A stretch of 64,000 bases of DNA, taken from Microbacteriaceae bacterium. GTDB taxonomy: Bacteria > Actinomycetota > Actinomycetes > Actinomycetales > Microbacteriaceae. Location of the stretch: contig JAHBTA010000008.1 in the NCBI GenBank assembly GCA_019638805.1, positions 6,835-70,834 on the forward strand, read 5' to 3'. Position 1 is the first letter of the stretch. Each line of letters begins with the position of its first letter. A program made the translations under genes and the position numbers. Of the stretch, positions 26,499-35,343 are shown in pieces. The notes beneath the pieces are model-generated. The model saw nothing but the letters and a program-made list of their open reading frames with translations. It ran no database searches and was not told the DNA's origin.

Positions 26499-27689
26499 GT
26501 GGGACGCATCAGTACGCGCATCGGGTCGATCGCCGAATCGGCAACGCTCAAGGTCGACGCCAAGGCCAAGCAACTCAAAGCGGAGGGCCGCCCGGTCATC
26601 AGCTACGCGGCGGGCGAGCCCGACTTCGCCACCCCCGAGCACATCGTCGAGGCCGCGGTGGCGGCGGCGCGCGACCCGAAGAACCACCGCTACACCCCGG
26701 CCGCCGGCCTTCCCGAGCTGCGCGAGGCGATCGCCGAGAAGACCCTCCGCGACAGTCGGCTCGAGGTCAGCCCGGCTCAGGTCATCGTGACCAACGGCGG
26801 CAAGCAGGCCGTCTACCAGTCCTTCGCGACGCTCCTCGACCCGGGCGACGAGGTCCTGCTGCCCACCCCGTACTGGACCACCTACCCGGAGGCGATCCGC
26901 CTGGCCGGGGGCGTCCCGGTGGAGGTCTTCGCCGGCGCCGACCAGGGCTACCTGGTGACGGTCGAGCAGCTCGAGGCCGCGCGCACCCCCCGCAGCAAGG
27001 TGCTGCTGTGGGTCTCCCCGTCCAACCCGACGGGCGCGGTGGCCTCCCCCGAGCAGACCGCCGCGATCGCGGAGTGGGCCGAGGAGCACGGCCTGTGGGT
27101 CATTAGCGACGAGATCTACCAGAACCTGACGTACTCGGGACGAGCCGCCTCGATCACCGAGGCCGTTCCCGCGCTGGCCGACCGCACCATCCTGGTCAAC
27201 GGCGTCGCCAAGACCTACGCCATGACCGGCTGGCGCGTGGGCTGGATGGTCGGCCCCGCCGACGCCATCAAGGCGGCGGCGAACCTGCAGTCGCACCTGA
27301 GCTCGAACGTGTCGAACGTCTCGCAGCGCGCGGCGATCGCGGCCCTCACCGGCCCGCAGGATGCCGTGGCGACCATGCGCGAAGCCTTCGATCGCAGGCG
27401 GCTGGCCATCGCATCCGGCCTGGACGCCATCGAGGGCATGGTGTGCCCGGTGCCGGAGGGCGCGTTCTACGTATACCCGGATGTGAGCGGTCTGCTCGGC
27501 CGCGCCTGGGGCGGGGTGACGCCAACGACGTCGCTCGAGCTGGCCGACCTGATCCTCGATCAGGCCGAGGTCGCGGCCGTGCCGGGCGAGGCGTTCGGGC
27601 CGAGCGGGTACCTGCGCTTCAGTTACGCGCTGGGCGACGAGGACCTGGCCGAGGGCGTGCGGCGGCTCCAGGAGCTCTTCGCGGGCTGA
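26499..27689 (+). CDS. Pyridoxal-phosphate-dependent class I aminotransferase (aspartate aminotransferase-like)
   Basis: Motifs present are ...[20 protein letters not shown]...[15 protein letters not shown]...SPSNPTGAV...[21 protein letters not shown].... The start codon is GTG. Confidence 0.9.
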   Translation: MGRISTRIGSIAESATLKVDAKAKQLKAEGRPVISYAAGEPDFATPEHIVEAAVAAARDPKNHRYTPAAGLPELREAIAEKTLRDSRLEVSPAQVIVTNGGKQAVYQSFATLLDPGDEVLLPTPYWTTYPEAIRLAGGVPVEVFAGADQGYLVTVEQLEAARTPRSKVLLWVSPSNPTGAVASPEQTAAIAEWAEEHGLWVISDEIYQNLTYSGRAASITEAVPALADRTILVNGVAKTYAMTGWRVGWMVGPADAIKAAANLQSHLSSNVSNVSQRAAIAALTGPQDAVATMREAFDRRRLAIASGLDAIEGMVCPVPEGAFYVYPDVSGLLGRAWGGVTPTTSLELADLILDQAEVAAVPGEAFGPSGYLRFSYALGDEDLAEGVRRLQELFAG

Positions 27690-27698
27690 CGAGGGCGC

Positions 27699-27757
27699 CG
27701 CGGGATCCGGCGCTGGGCCGGTCGCGGGATCCGGCGCTGGGCCGGTCGCGGGATCGG
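27699..27757. repeat. 24-bp intergenic tandem repeat CGCGGGATCCGGCGCTGGGCCGGT x2 plus a partial third copy
   Basis: The copies lie at 27699-27722 and 27723-27746, with a partial copy at 27747-27757 (one base deleted). The repeat starts 10 nt after the aminotransferase stop. Confidence 0.9.
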
Positions 27758-27937
27758 TCGTCGGGCCCGCCGCGGGTGACGCACCGGGTGACCCGCGGGC
27801 GATGTACCGGCTCGTCTAGCACCAGGACGGGGACTGGGCGGGGGGCTTGACGCCCTCGTAGCGTGGACGCAGTGCGAGGAGTTGGGAACTCGCCAGGTCG
27901 ATTCACCCGCTTTTCTATCCCCTGGAGTATTCCCAAC

Positions 27938-29518
27938 ATGTCCCCCACGTGGCGGGCGCGTCTGCGCGCCCGCGTGATCCCGGTCGCCCTGCTCACCGCC
28001 GCCCTGGTGGCGAGCCCGATCACCGGCAGCGCTCTCGCAGCACCGACGGCATCCCCCGCCGCCGGAGCCGCGCGGGGCGCGGTCGTGTCCGCCGCCCCGG
28101 CCGCCCCGGCCGCATCGACTGCCCCGGCTGCATCGACTGTCACGGTCGCGCAGATGACGCAATCGGTCTACGAGCAGACCAACCAGGTGCGCTTCGACAA
28201 GGGTCTCGCCGGTTACGCGCGCGACAGTCGGCTGGACCAGATCGCCATGGCCTGGGCGAAGCAGCAGTGGAAGAACGGCGCCATGAGCCACAACCCGAAC
28301 CTGGCGTCCCAGATGCCCGCGGGGTGGAAGCGTGCCGGCGAGAACGTCGCGAGCGGCTACGGCTACACCAAGGTCGTCGCGGCCTGGGTCGCATCGCCGA
28401 GCCACTACGCCAACCTGGTGGGCGACTACACCTCGATCGGCATCGGCTACTACGAGGCGGACGGCCGACGCTACTGGGCGCAGGTCTTCGGCAAGTACCC
28501 CGGCACGAAGGTGCCTGCGAAGCCCTCTGGTTCGACGCCCACCCCGACCCCCACTCCCACGACTCCGGCGAGCTACCCCGCCGAGCCCGCGCCTCCCGCC
28601 GGGACCCCGATCGCCCTGAGCTCTCCGTCGTTCGAGACCGGTGCCGCGGGCTGGTCGGGCGGTAGCGGTGTCGAGGGCCCGACGACCTCGGCGCGCGGTG
28701 GGCGGTACACCCTGATCGCGACCGGGGGAACGGTCTCGCAGACCGTGGACGTCCGGGCCGTCATCGGCGACTCGTTCACGGCCGCCATCTGGGTCAAGCC
28801 CGGCGCCTCGGGCCGCGTCTCTGGCACCGTGCTGCTCACCGCGCTGGGCGGGACCGCCGAGACCGCCCAGGTCGGGTTCACCTCGAGCGGCGACTGGATG
28901 CGCGTCACCGTGCCGCTGAACATCATGCGTTCCGGACACACCGGGTTGCGCATCGACGTGGTGCTGAACTCGGGGGACGCCCGGCTCGACTCGGCGTCGC
29001 TCGTGCGCACGAAGACCGCGCGCGCGGCGGCGACCGACCGAGTGGACACCGCGGTGCCCGGCGAGGGCGCGCGGGGTGCGGGCGAACCGACCGACGGCGC
29101 GCCGGCCGAGGGCGATGGCGCGGGTGACGGCTCCGGTGCAGACACGGGTTCGGGCGGCAGCGGTTCCGGCAGCGGTTCCGGCAGCGACAGCGGCTCGGGC
29201 GGCCTCACCGGCTCGGGCGGCCTCCTGGGCGGTCTGCTCGGCACGTCGCCGGCACCGACAACCCCGACCACCCCGACGCCGACCGCGCCGGGGCCCACCT
29301 CCCCGACACCCTCCTCCCCGGCTCCGGCACCGTCCACGCCCGCACCGTCCACGCCGGCACCGAAGCCGTCCACCCCGGCGGCTCCGGCACCGAAGCCGAG
29401 CACCCCCGCGGCTCCGGCACCGAAGCCGAGCACCCCCGCGGCTCCGGCGCCGACCGATCCGCCCGCATCCGGGTCCACCGGCCTGCTCGGCGGACTCCTG
29501 GGCGGGCTCGGGCTCTGA
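27938..29518 (+). CDS. Secreted CAP/SCP (PR-1-like) domain protein with a CBM-like beta-sandwich region and Pro/Thr/Gly-rich tail
   Basis: The start is ATG 27938. The signal peptide is MSPTWRARLRARVIPVALLTAALVASPITGSALA. The CAP domain reads ...RFDKGLAGYARDSRLDQIAMAWAKQQWKNGAMSHNPN...GENVASGYG...HYANLVGDYTSIGIGYY.... The tail contains (PAPKPSTPAA)x3 and ends GLLGGLLGGLGL. Confidence 0.8.
   Translation: MSPTWRARLRARVIPVALLTAALVASPITGSALAAPTASPAAGAARGAVVSAAPAAPAASTAPAASTVTVAQMTQSVYEQTNQVRFDKGLAGYARDSRLDQIAMAWAKQQWKNGAMSHNPNLASQMPAGWKRAGENVASGYGYTKVVAAWVASPSHYANLVGDYTSIGIGYYEADGRRYWAQVFGKYPGTKVPAKPSGSTPTPTPTPTTPASYPAEPAPPAGTPIALSSPSFETGAAGWSGGSGVEGPTTSARGGRYTLIATGGTVSQTVDVRAVIGDSFTAAIWVKPGASGRVSGTVLLTALGGTAETAQVGFTSSGDWMRVTVPLNIMRSGHTGLRIDVVLNSGDARLDSASLVRTKTARAAATDRVDTAVPGEGARGAGEPTDGAPAEGDGAGDGSGADTGSGGSGSGSGSGSDSGSGGLTGSGGLLGGLLGTSPAPTTPTTPTPTAPGPTSPTPSSPAPAPSTPAPSTPAPKPSTPAAPAPKPSTPAAPAPKPSTPAAPAPTDPPASGSTGLLGGLLGGLGL
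29354..29443 (+). repeat. 30-bp in-frame tandem repeat x3 within the CAP-domain gene (encodes PAPKPSTPAA)
   Basis: The units lie at 29354-29383, 29384-29413 and 29414-29443. The second and third are identical. The first differs at 3 bases. Confidence 0.9.
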
Positions 29519-29526
29519 CGGCCGAA

Positions 29527-29557
29527 GGTTCGGCGCGCGCTGAGGGCGCGCCGAACC
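29527..29557 (+). terminator. 12-bp-stem hairpin after the CAP-domain gene
   Basis: GGTTCGGCGCGC (29527-29538)/GCGCGCCGAACC (29546-29557) form the stem, with a 7-nt loop. The hairpin starts 9 nt after the stop. Confidence 0.55.
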
Positions 29558-29612
29558 CCGCCGGTCGCGCGCTGGGAACGCGATCGGCGAGCGCAGGCAA
29601 TAGCGTGGCGGG

Positions 29613-30239
29613 GTGACCCCACCCCTCCTCGCGGTTCTCGCGGGCCTCGGCCTCGGCCTCTCGCTCATCGTCGCGATCGGCGCGCAGAACGCCTACGTCC
29701 TGCGGCAGGGCCTTCGCCGCGAGCACATCGGCTGGGTCATCGCGATCTGCGCCCTGAGCGACCTCGTGCTCATCGTGCTCGGGGTCGGGGGCGCCGGCGC
29801 GGTCTTCGACGCCGTCCCGTGGCTCGTGCCCGCGGTGCGCTTCGCCGGTGCGGCCTTCCTGCTGGTCTACGCGGTGCTCGCCGCGCGCCGGGCGTTCCGG
29901 CCGGCCGCAGCGCTCACCGCCTCCGGCGAACCCGGGCGGACGGGACTCGGCGCGGTCGTGGCGACCGCGCTCGCGCTCACCTGGCTCAATCCCCACGTGT
30001 ACCTGGACACGGTCGTGCTCCTCGGGTCGATCGCGAGCACGCACGGCGAGAACCGGTGGTGGTTCGCGGCAGGCGCGGGAGTCGCATCCATCGCCTGGTT
30101 CACGGCCCTCGGACTCGGAGCCCGGCTGCTGGCACCGGTCTTCGCCCGCCCGGTCGCGTGGCGCATCCTCGACGCCCTCATCGCGCTCGTGATGCTCTCG
30201 ATCGCGGTGTCCCTCGTGGTCGGCGCCTTCACGCACTGA
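29613..30239 (+). CDS. LysE/ArgO family amino-acid exporter
   Basis: The protein reads MTPPLLAVLAGLGLGLSLIVAIGAQNAYVLRQGLRREHIGWV.... Confidence 0.88.
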   Translation: MTPPLLAVLAGLGLGLSLIVAIGAQNAYVLRQGLRREHIGWVIAICALSDLVLIVLGVGGAGAVFDAVPWLVPAVRFAGAAFLLVYAVLAARRAFRPAAALTASGEPGRTGLGAVVATALALTWLNPHVYLDTVVLLGSIASTHGENRWWFAAGAGVASIAWFTALGLGARLLAPVFARPVAWRILDALIALVMLSIAVSLVVGAFTH

Positions 30240-30265
30240 CCCGCGCGCCCGCCCCCGCCTTCGGC

Positions 30266-31156
30266 TCAGCCCAGCAGGGCGTCGATCTCGGCGCGCGTCG
30301 GCATCGAGGTGGAGGCACCGGCACGCGTGACCGCGATGGATGCCGCGACCGTCGCCGCCTGGAGCGCGCGCCCCAGCGCGGCGCCCTCCGCGAGCATCGC
30401 CACGAGCACCCCGGCGAAGGTGTCCCCCGCCGCGGTCGTGTCGACCGGCTGGACCCGGCGCGGCGCGACCTCCGACTCGATGACGCCGTCCCGCGCGACC
30501 AGCGCGCCCTTCGACCCACGGGTCATGACGACGAGCCCGGCCTGACGGCTGAGCGCCTTCGCGGCCTCCGCGTCGTCGTCCACTCCGGCCAGCGCGCGGG
30601 CCTCCCCGGCGTTCGGGATGAGGATGTCGGTGAGCTGCAGCAGACCCGGGTCGACCGGCATGACGGGCGCGGGCGTGAGCACGGTCTGGATGCCCAAGCC
30701 GTGCGCCACGACGAAGGCCTCGGTGATGAGTTCGATGGGCCGCTCGAACTGGGCCACCAGGTAGCGGGAGTCCTCGATGCGCCTCTGGGCGTCGTCGTCG
30801 AGCTCGGTGATGACGGCATTGGCGCCGGGCACCACCACGATCGCGTTCTCGCCGCCGTCGAGCACCGAGATGTGGGCGGTGCCGGTGGGCTCGTCGACCT
30901 CGATGACGCCGTGCACGTCGATGTCGTCCTCGCGCAGGCAATCGCGCAGCGCATCCCCGAACGCGTCGTTGCCGACCGCGCCCAGGAACGCGACGTCGCC
31001 GCCCGCGCGGGCGGCGGCGACGGCCTGGTTGAGACCCTTGCCGCCGGGAACCGTCATGAACGAGGCGCCGAACATGGTCTCGCCCGGCTCGGGCAGGCGC
31101 GGCTGACGCACCACCAGATCCATGTTGGCGCTGCCCAGGACGACGATGTCGCTCAT
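30266..31156 (-). CDS. rbsK: Ribokinase (PfkB family)
   Basis: The protein reads MSDIVVLGSANMDLVVRQPRLPEPGETMFGASFMTVPGGKGLNQAVAAARAG...DTTAAGDTFAG.... Confidence 0.85.
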   Translation of the reverse strand: MSDIVVLGSANMDLVVRQPRLPEPGETMFGASFMTVPGGKGLNQAVAAARAGGDVAFLGAVGNDAFGDALRDCLREDDIDVHGVIEVDEPTGTAHISVLDGGENAIVVVPGANAVITELDDDAQRRIEDSRYLVAQFERPIELITEAFVVAHGLGIQTVLTPAPVMPVDPGLLQLTDILIPNAGEARALAGVDDDAEAAKALSRQAGLVVMTRGSKGALVARDGVIESEVAPRRVQPVDTTAAGDTFAGVLVAMLAEGAALGRALQAATVAASIAVTRAGASTSMPTRAEIDALLG

Positions 31157-31175
31157 GCGGCCAATCTACTGGCGG

Positions 31176-31943
31176 CTACGCGTTCTCCTTGCGGAAGGTG
31201 CGCGTGCCGACGATGACGAAGACCACGAAGATCACCACGGCCCATACCGTGCCCCACAGGATGGGCTCGCCGAAGTTGCCCGCGAACGCCGCACGGATCG
31301 CGTCGACCACGTGCTTGGTGGGCACGAAGTCGCTGATCGTCTCGAGCCACTGCGGACCCACCGACATCGGGATGAGGATGCCCGACAGCAGCAGCAGGGG
31401 CAGCGCGATCGAGTTGATGAGCGGCGCCATGACGTCCTCGCTCTTGGTCACCAAGGCCAGCGCATTGGAGGCGCAAGCCGCCGCGGCACCCAGCAGGAGG
31501 GTCAGCGCGAGCCCGTACAGCATCCCGCCGAACGAGGCGCGCAACCCGAACGCGAAACCCAGCGCGATGAGCACGACGCCCTGCACGAGGAGCTGCACCA
31601 CATCGCGCAGGACCCGCCCGAGAAGCAGGGCCGTGCGGCTCGCGGGCGTGACGCGCTCGGCCTCGATGACGCCGGCACGCCACTCGGCGACCAGGCCGAA
31701 GCCGGCGAACAGCGCGCCGAACAGGCCGAGCTGCACGAGCAGGCCGGGCACGAAGATCGCGTAGGCGTTGTCGGTACCGAGGATCCCGGCCATGGGCTCG
31801 AGCAGGGGTCCGAACAGGGAGAGGTACAGCACGGGCTGGATGAGCCCGATGATGACCCACGCCGGGTTGCGCAGGGCGATGCGCAGCTGGCGCCAGAAGA
31901 CGATCCAGGTCTCGCGTGCGAAGGAGGCGATCGACGCGGCCAT
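31176..31943 (-). CDS. ABC-2 type exporter permease
   Basis: ATG 31943 (or GTG 31946) overlaps the ATPase stop. The protein begins MAASIASFARETWIVFWRQLRIALRNPAWVIIGLIQPVLYLSLFGPLL.... The upstream part of track ORF 31176..32375 is out-of-frame overlap. Confidence 0.85.
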   Translation of the reverse strand: MAASIASFARETWIVFWRQLRIALRNPAWVIIGLIQPVLYLSLFGPLLEPMAGILGTDNAYAIFVPGLLVQLGLFGALFAGFGLVAEWRAGVIEAERVTPASRTALLLGRVLRDVVQLLVQGVVLIALGFAFGLRASFGGMLYGLALTLLLGAAAACASNALALVTKSEDVMAPLINSIALPLLLLSGILIPMSVGPQWLETISDFVPTKHVVDAIRAAFAGNFGEPILWGTVWAVVIFVVFVIVGTRTFRKENA

Positions 31944-32911
31944 CACGCGGCCTCCTCTCGCAGCGAGCGTCCGGTCAGGTTGAGGAAGACGTCGTCCAGG
32001 GTGGGGCGGCGCATCTCGATAGCCTCGAGCGCGATGCCGTCCCGGTCGAGGGATCGCAGCAGGCCGGCCAGCTCGCGCCCGGCCTGCGGCACGCGCAGGC
32101 TCACGACGAGCCCGTCGACCTCCGGTTCGGATCCCGGGGCGAGCGCCCCGAGGGCCGCGGCCGCCCGGGGGAGCGCCGCGGCATCCGTCAGCACGAGCTC
32201 GACCAGGTCGCCGGACACCTGCTGCTTGAGCGCCTCGGGCGAGTCGCTCGCGACGATGACGCCGTGGTCGATCACGAGCACCCGGTCGCACAGGGCGTCG
32301 GCCTCGTCCAGGTAGTGCGTGGTGAGGAAGATCGTGGCTCCGCGATCGGTGCGCAGCGCCCCGATGTGCTGCCACAGGTTCGCGCGCGCCTGCGGGTCGA
32401 GTCCGGTGGTCGGCTCGTCGAGGAAGATCAGCTTCGGGTCATGCACGAGCCCCATGGCGATGTCGAGCCGACGGCGCTGCCCGCCGCTCATGGCCCGCGG
32501 GTTGCGGGTCCACAGTCCGTCGAGGTCGAGCTGCTGGAAGAGCTCCTGGCCGCGAGCGGTGGCCTGCGCCTTGGAGATCCCGTACAGCCGGCCGTGGTCG
32601 ACGACCTCCTCCCCGGCGAGCGCCTCGGGCAGAGTCGACCCGGACTGCGAGACGTAGCCGATCGAGCGGCGTACCTGCTCGGACTGGGTCGCGACGTCGA
32701 AGCCGGCGACCGTCGCGGTGCCCGCGGTCGGCTTGAGCAGGGTCGTGAGCATGCGCAGGGTCGTGGTCTTGCCCGCGCCGTTGGGCCCGAGGAAGCCGAC
32801 GATCTCGCCGGCCTCGACGTCGAGGTCGACGCCCGCGACGGCCTTCACCTCCGTTCGTTCGCGCCCCTTGCGCGTCGTGAAGCTGCGGGCCAGCCCGCGA
32901 GCGTGTATCAC
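31943..32911 (-). CDS. ABC transporter ATP-binding protein (DrrA-like)
   Basis: Walker A is GPNGAGKTT, the signature is MSGGQRRRLDIA and Walker B is LIFLDEPTTGLD. The GTG start has GAGGAG 6 nt upstream. Confidence 0.92.
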   Translation of the reverse strand: MIHARGLARSFTTRKGRERTEVKAVAGVDLDVEAGEIVGFLGPNGAGKTTTLRMLTTLLKPTAGTATVAGFDVATQSEQVRRSIGYVSQSGSTLPEALAGEEVVDHGRLYGISKAQATARGQELFQQLDLDGLWTRNPRAMSGGQRRRLDIAMGLVHDPKLIFLDEPTTGLDPQARANLWQHIGALRTDRGATIFLTTHYLDEADALCDRVLVIDHGVIVASDSPEALKQQVSGDLVELVLTDAAALPRAAAALGALAPGSEPEVDGLVVSLRVPQAGRELAGLLRSLDRDGIALEAIEMRRPTLDDVFLNLTGRSLREEAA

Positions 32912-32952
32912 ATCCGGCTCCTCTGCGAATCGTGCGTGTGTGCTGTGGCGGT

Positions 32953-32978
32953 ATTCAAACTTGATTATTCAAACTTGA
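32953..32978. promoter_or_regulatory. Two tandem copies of ATTCAAACTTGA (period 14) upstream of the ABC ATPase gene; candidate PadR operator
   Basis: The copies lie at 32953-32964 and 32967-32978. The core TCAA-NN-TTGA is an imperfect palindrome. A third copy sits upstream of padR at 33749-33760. Confidence 0.45.
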
Positions 32979-33021
32979 ACACGCTCTGTCAAGCCGGGCT
33001 GCTGCCTGGACGAAGGCGACG

Positions 33022-33726
33022 TCACGCGCCCCGGCGCATGCGGTCGATCTCGGCCTGGTACCGCTCGCGCTCCTGGGCCATGCGCCACCCGGGGTCGTCC
33101 GGCGGCGGCTGCCAGGAGGCGGCCCGGCCGGGCTCGCCCGGCTCGCCCGGGGCGTCCGGATCGCCGCGGAAATCCAGCCCGCCCTCACGCACCTCGCCCT
33201 GCAGCGCCAGCAGCCAGTCGAGTTGGGCCCGCAGCAGAGCCACCTCCAGCCGCAACTCGCTCACGACATGCGGGGGGACGACGAGCGGGTCGGAGAGACT
33301 GTCGAGCTTGGCATCGAAATCCGCCACGCCGGTCCAGAGCGCGCGCACCCGGGCGGCCACCGCATCCAGGAACTGCGCCCGCGTCATGATCGGCGCGAAG
33401 CTCATCGCGACGCGCAGCGGAAGGACGTCACCCGAGTCGGGCGCGTTCGCGATGCTGTCGAACACGAGCCCCTCGAACTCGGCCGCACCGGCGGCGCTGA
33501 CCGTGTAGACCGCGACCGGCCTCGCCTCGCCGAGATCCAGATCGTGCCGCTCGATCGCACCCTGCTTCTCGAGCGTCGCGAGCATCGAGTAGATGGATCC
33601 CGGGTTGAGATTGGCCCAGCGCTCCACCTCCCAGCTCAGCAGCTCGCGACGCAGCTGGTAGCCGTTCGCCGGCCCGAAGAGCCGCACGGCGCCCAGCACG
33701 AGCAGCCGGGTGGTCAGGGCGGACAT
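33022..33726 (-). CDS. PadR family transcriptional regulator
   Basis: The protein reads MSALTTRLLVLGAVRLFGPANGYQLRRELLSWEVERWANLNPGSIYSMLATLEKQGAIE.... Confidence 0.88.
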   Translation of the reverse strand: MSALTTRLLVLGAVRLFGPANGYQLRRELLSWEVERWANLNPGSIYSMLATLEKQGAIERHDLDLGEARPVAVYTVSAAGAAEFEGLVFDSIANAPDSGDVLPLRVAMSFAPIMTRAQFLDAVAARVRALWTGVADFDAKLDSLSDPLVVPPHVVSELRLEVALLRAQLDWLLALQGEVREGGLDFRGDPDAPGEPGEPGRAASWQPPPDDPGWRMAQERERYQAEIDRMRRGA

Positions 33727-33733
33727 GCGGCCC

Positions 33734-33760
33734 AGTGTACGAGAGTGGTCAAGTTTGAAT
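33734..33760 (-). promoter_or_regulatory. padR upstream region: third ATTCAAACTTGA box (33749-33760) and -10-like TACACT (33734-33739) positioned for a leaderless transcript
   Basis: Read on the minus strand, it is ATTCAAACTTGACCACTCTCGTACACTGGGCCGC-ATG. The TANNNT hexamer ends 8 nt before the ATG and there is no SD. Confidence 0.4.
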
Positions 33761-33763
33761 GCG

Positions 33764-34924
33764 CTACAGCTCGACGCCGACCAGCGTCGGCTCGGGCTGC
33801 AGGTGCACGCCGAACTCGGCGGCCACCCGGGTCTGCACGAAACGCGCGAGCTCGGCGACCTCCGCGGCGCTCGCCCCGCCCCGGTTGATCAGCGCGAGCG
33901 TGTGCTTGGCCGACACCGCGGCGCGCGAGCCCGGCAGCGCGAAACCCCGCTCGATCCCGGCGCGTTCGATGAGCCACGCCGCGCTCAGCTTGACCAGGAA
34001 CTCGCCCGACGACTCGGGCGTCTCGGGCACGATCTCACTGCCCAGCGGCAGGATGCGCGGCGCGTCCTCCTCGGGATCCACCGGGAACCGGGGCGCCTCG
34101 GCCGGCAATCCGCGCGCGAAGGCCTCGCTCACGATCGGGTTGGTGAAGAACGAACCCGCGCTCACCGAGTCGGGGTCGGCGGGGTCGAGCACCATGCCCT
34201 TGCTCGCGCGCAGGGTCAGCACCGCGTCGCGCACCGCCGCGAGCGGGGCGCGCGCGCCGAGCTCGACGCCGAGGGCCGAGGCGAGCTGGGAGTAGGCGAC
34301 GGGCGCGCTCTCGCCCCGCGCGTCGTGCAGCACCAGCTCGAGCGCGAGCACGACGCCGAGCCTCCCGCGCTTGAGCGCGCTGCTGCGGTAGCCCAGGTCG
34401 AGCTCCTCGGCGGGGATGGTCAGCACCTCGCCCGACTCGAAATCCAGAAAGTCGATCGCGACCAGCACATCGCTCAACTGCTGCCCGTAGGCACCGATGT
34501 TCTGGATCGGACCCGCGCCCGCCGTGCCCGGTATGCCGCTGAGGGCCTCGATGCCCGCGAGACCGTGGCGGACGGCGGCGGCGACCACCGCATCCCACGG
34601 TTCACCGGCCTGCACCTTGATGCGCGGCACCGTTCCGGTCGCCCGGTCGATCCCGCGGGTGGCGATGCGCAGCACCGTGCCACCGAACCCCTCGTCGGTC
34701 ACCAGCAGATTGGAGCCTCCGCCGAGGATCATCCAGTCCTCGGGCGCGTCCCACGCCTCGCGCGCCGCGGCGATGAGCTCGACGCGCGTGGCGGGCTCGA
34801 CGAGAACACCGACCGGACCACCCACGCGCAGGGTCGTGAGATCGGAGAACCGGACGGGGCTCGCGGAGTCCGGGCTCGCGGAGTCGGGGCTCATTCCGGC
34901 GGGGCTCATTCCGGCGGGGCTCAT
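33764..34924 (-). CDS. murB: UDP-N-acetylenolpyruvoylglucosamine reductase
   Basis: Motifs present are ...FSDLTTLRVGGPVGVLVEP...WMILGGGSNLLVTDEGFGGTVLRI...GIEALSGIPGTAGAGPIQNIGAYG.... Three in-frame ATGs (34924, 34909, 34894) are created by a tandem repeat. The longest reading is given. Confidence 0.9.
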   Translation of the reverse strand: MSPAGMSPAGMSPDSASPDSASPVRFSDLTTLRVGGPVGVLVEPATRVELIAAAREAWDAPEDWMILGGGSNLLVTDEGFGGTVLRIATRGIDRATGTVPRIKVQAGEPWDAVVAAAVRHGLAGIEALSGIPGTAGAGPIQNIGAYGQQLSDVLVAIDFLDFESGEVLTIPAEELDLGYRSSALKRGRLGVVLALELVLHDARGESAPVAYSQLASALGVELGARAPLAAVRDAVLTLRASKGMVLDPADPDSVSAGSFFTNPIVSEAFARGLPAEAPRFPVDPEEDAPRILPLGSEIVPETPESSGEFLVKLSAAWLIERAGIERGFALPGSRAAVSAKHTLALINRGGASAAEVAELARFVQTRVAAEFGVHLQPEPTLVGVEL

Positions 34925-34931
34925 GCCGGCA
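34857..34931. repeat. Five 15-bp units (GGGCTC-N9) spanning the hadB-like stop / murB start junction
   Basis: The units are GGGCTCGCGGAGTCC, GGGCTCGCGGAGTCG, GGGCTCATTCCGGCG x2 and GGGCTCATGCCGGCA. On the coding strand they read MSPAG MSPAG MSPDSASPDSASP. Confidence 0.9.
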
Positions 34932-35343
34932 GGGTGACCCGCACCTGGGCCTTGCCGAGCACGGTCTCGCCGCCGAAGGTGACCGTCAGGTCGATGCGCG
35001 CCCCCTCGTCATCGAGGGCGCCCACCTTCGCGACGACGGTGATGTCGGCGCCGGAGTCGGCATCCACCAGAACGGGCCGGGTGAAGCGCACCTGATAGTC
35101 GGCGATGCGGCCGGCGTCGCCGCCCAGCCACTCGACGACGGGCTGCACCGCGACGCCCATGGTGAGCATCCCGTGGGCGAGCACTCCGGGCAGGCCGACC
35201 GTGCGGGCGACATCGTCGCGATAGTGGATGGGGTTGAAGTCGCCGCTCGCACCCGCGTACCGCACGAGGCGGTCGCGATCCAGATGGTAGGTCTGCTCGG
35301 CGATCACGTCACCGACCGCCACGCCGCCGACCGCGGGGGTCAC
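34921..35343 (-). CDS. MaoC family (R)-specific dehydratase, HadB-like catalytic subunit
   Basis: It carries the hydratase-2 motif YAGASGDFNPIHYRDDVA. It shares 4-nt overlaps with both neighbours. Confidence 0.85.
   Translation of the reverse strand: MTPAVGGVAVGDVIAEQTYHLDRDRLVRYAGASGDFNPIHYRDDVARTVGLPGVLAHGMLTMGVAVQPVVEWLGGDAGRIADYQVRFTRPVLVDADSGADITVVAKVGALDDEGARIDLTVTFGGETVLGKAQVRVTLPA

Noticed and set aside
27623-29668. 681-aa minus-strand ORF (and similar ones at 24186..25634, 25890..27296, 29205..30941, 49988..52300, 51946..53799)
   Set aside because: Each is antisense or out of frame to a gene with clear family motifs. None has motifs of its own.
1486-34931. CRISPR array among the short tandem repeats (1486, 2247, 10233, 19006, 27699, 29354, 34857)
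   Set aside because: The units are 9-33 bp and directly adjacent, with no unique spacers. There are at most 3-5 copies and no cas genes.
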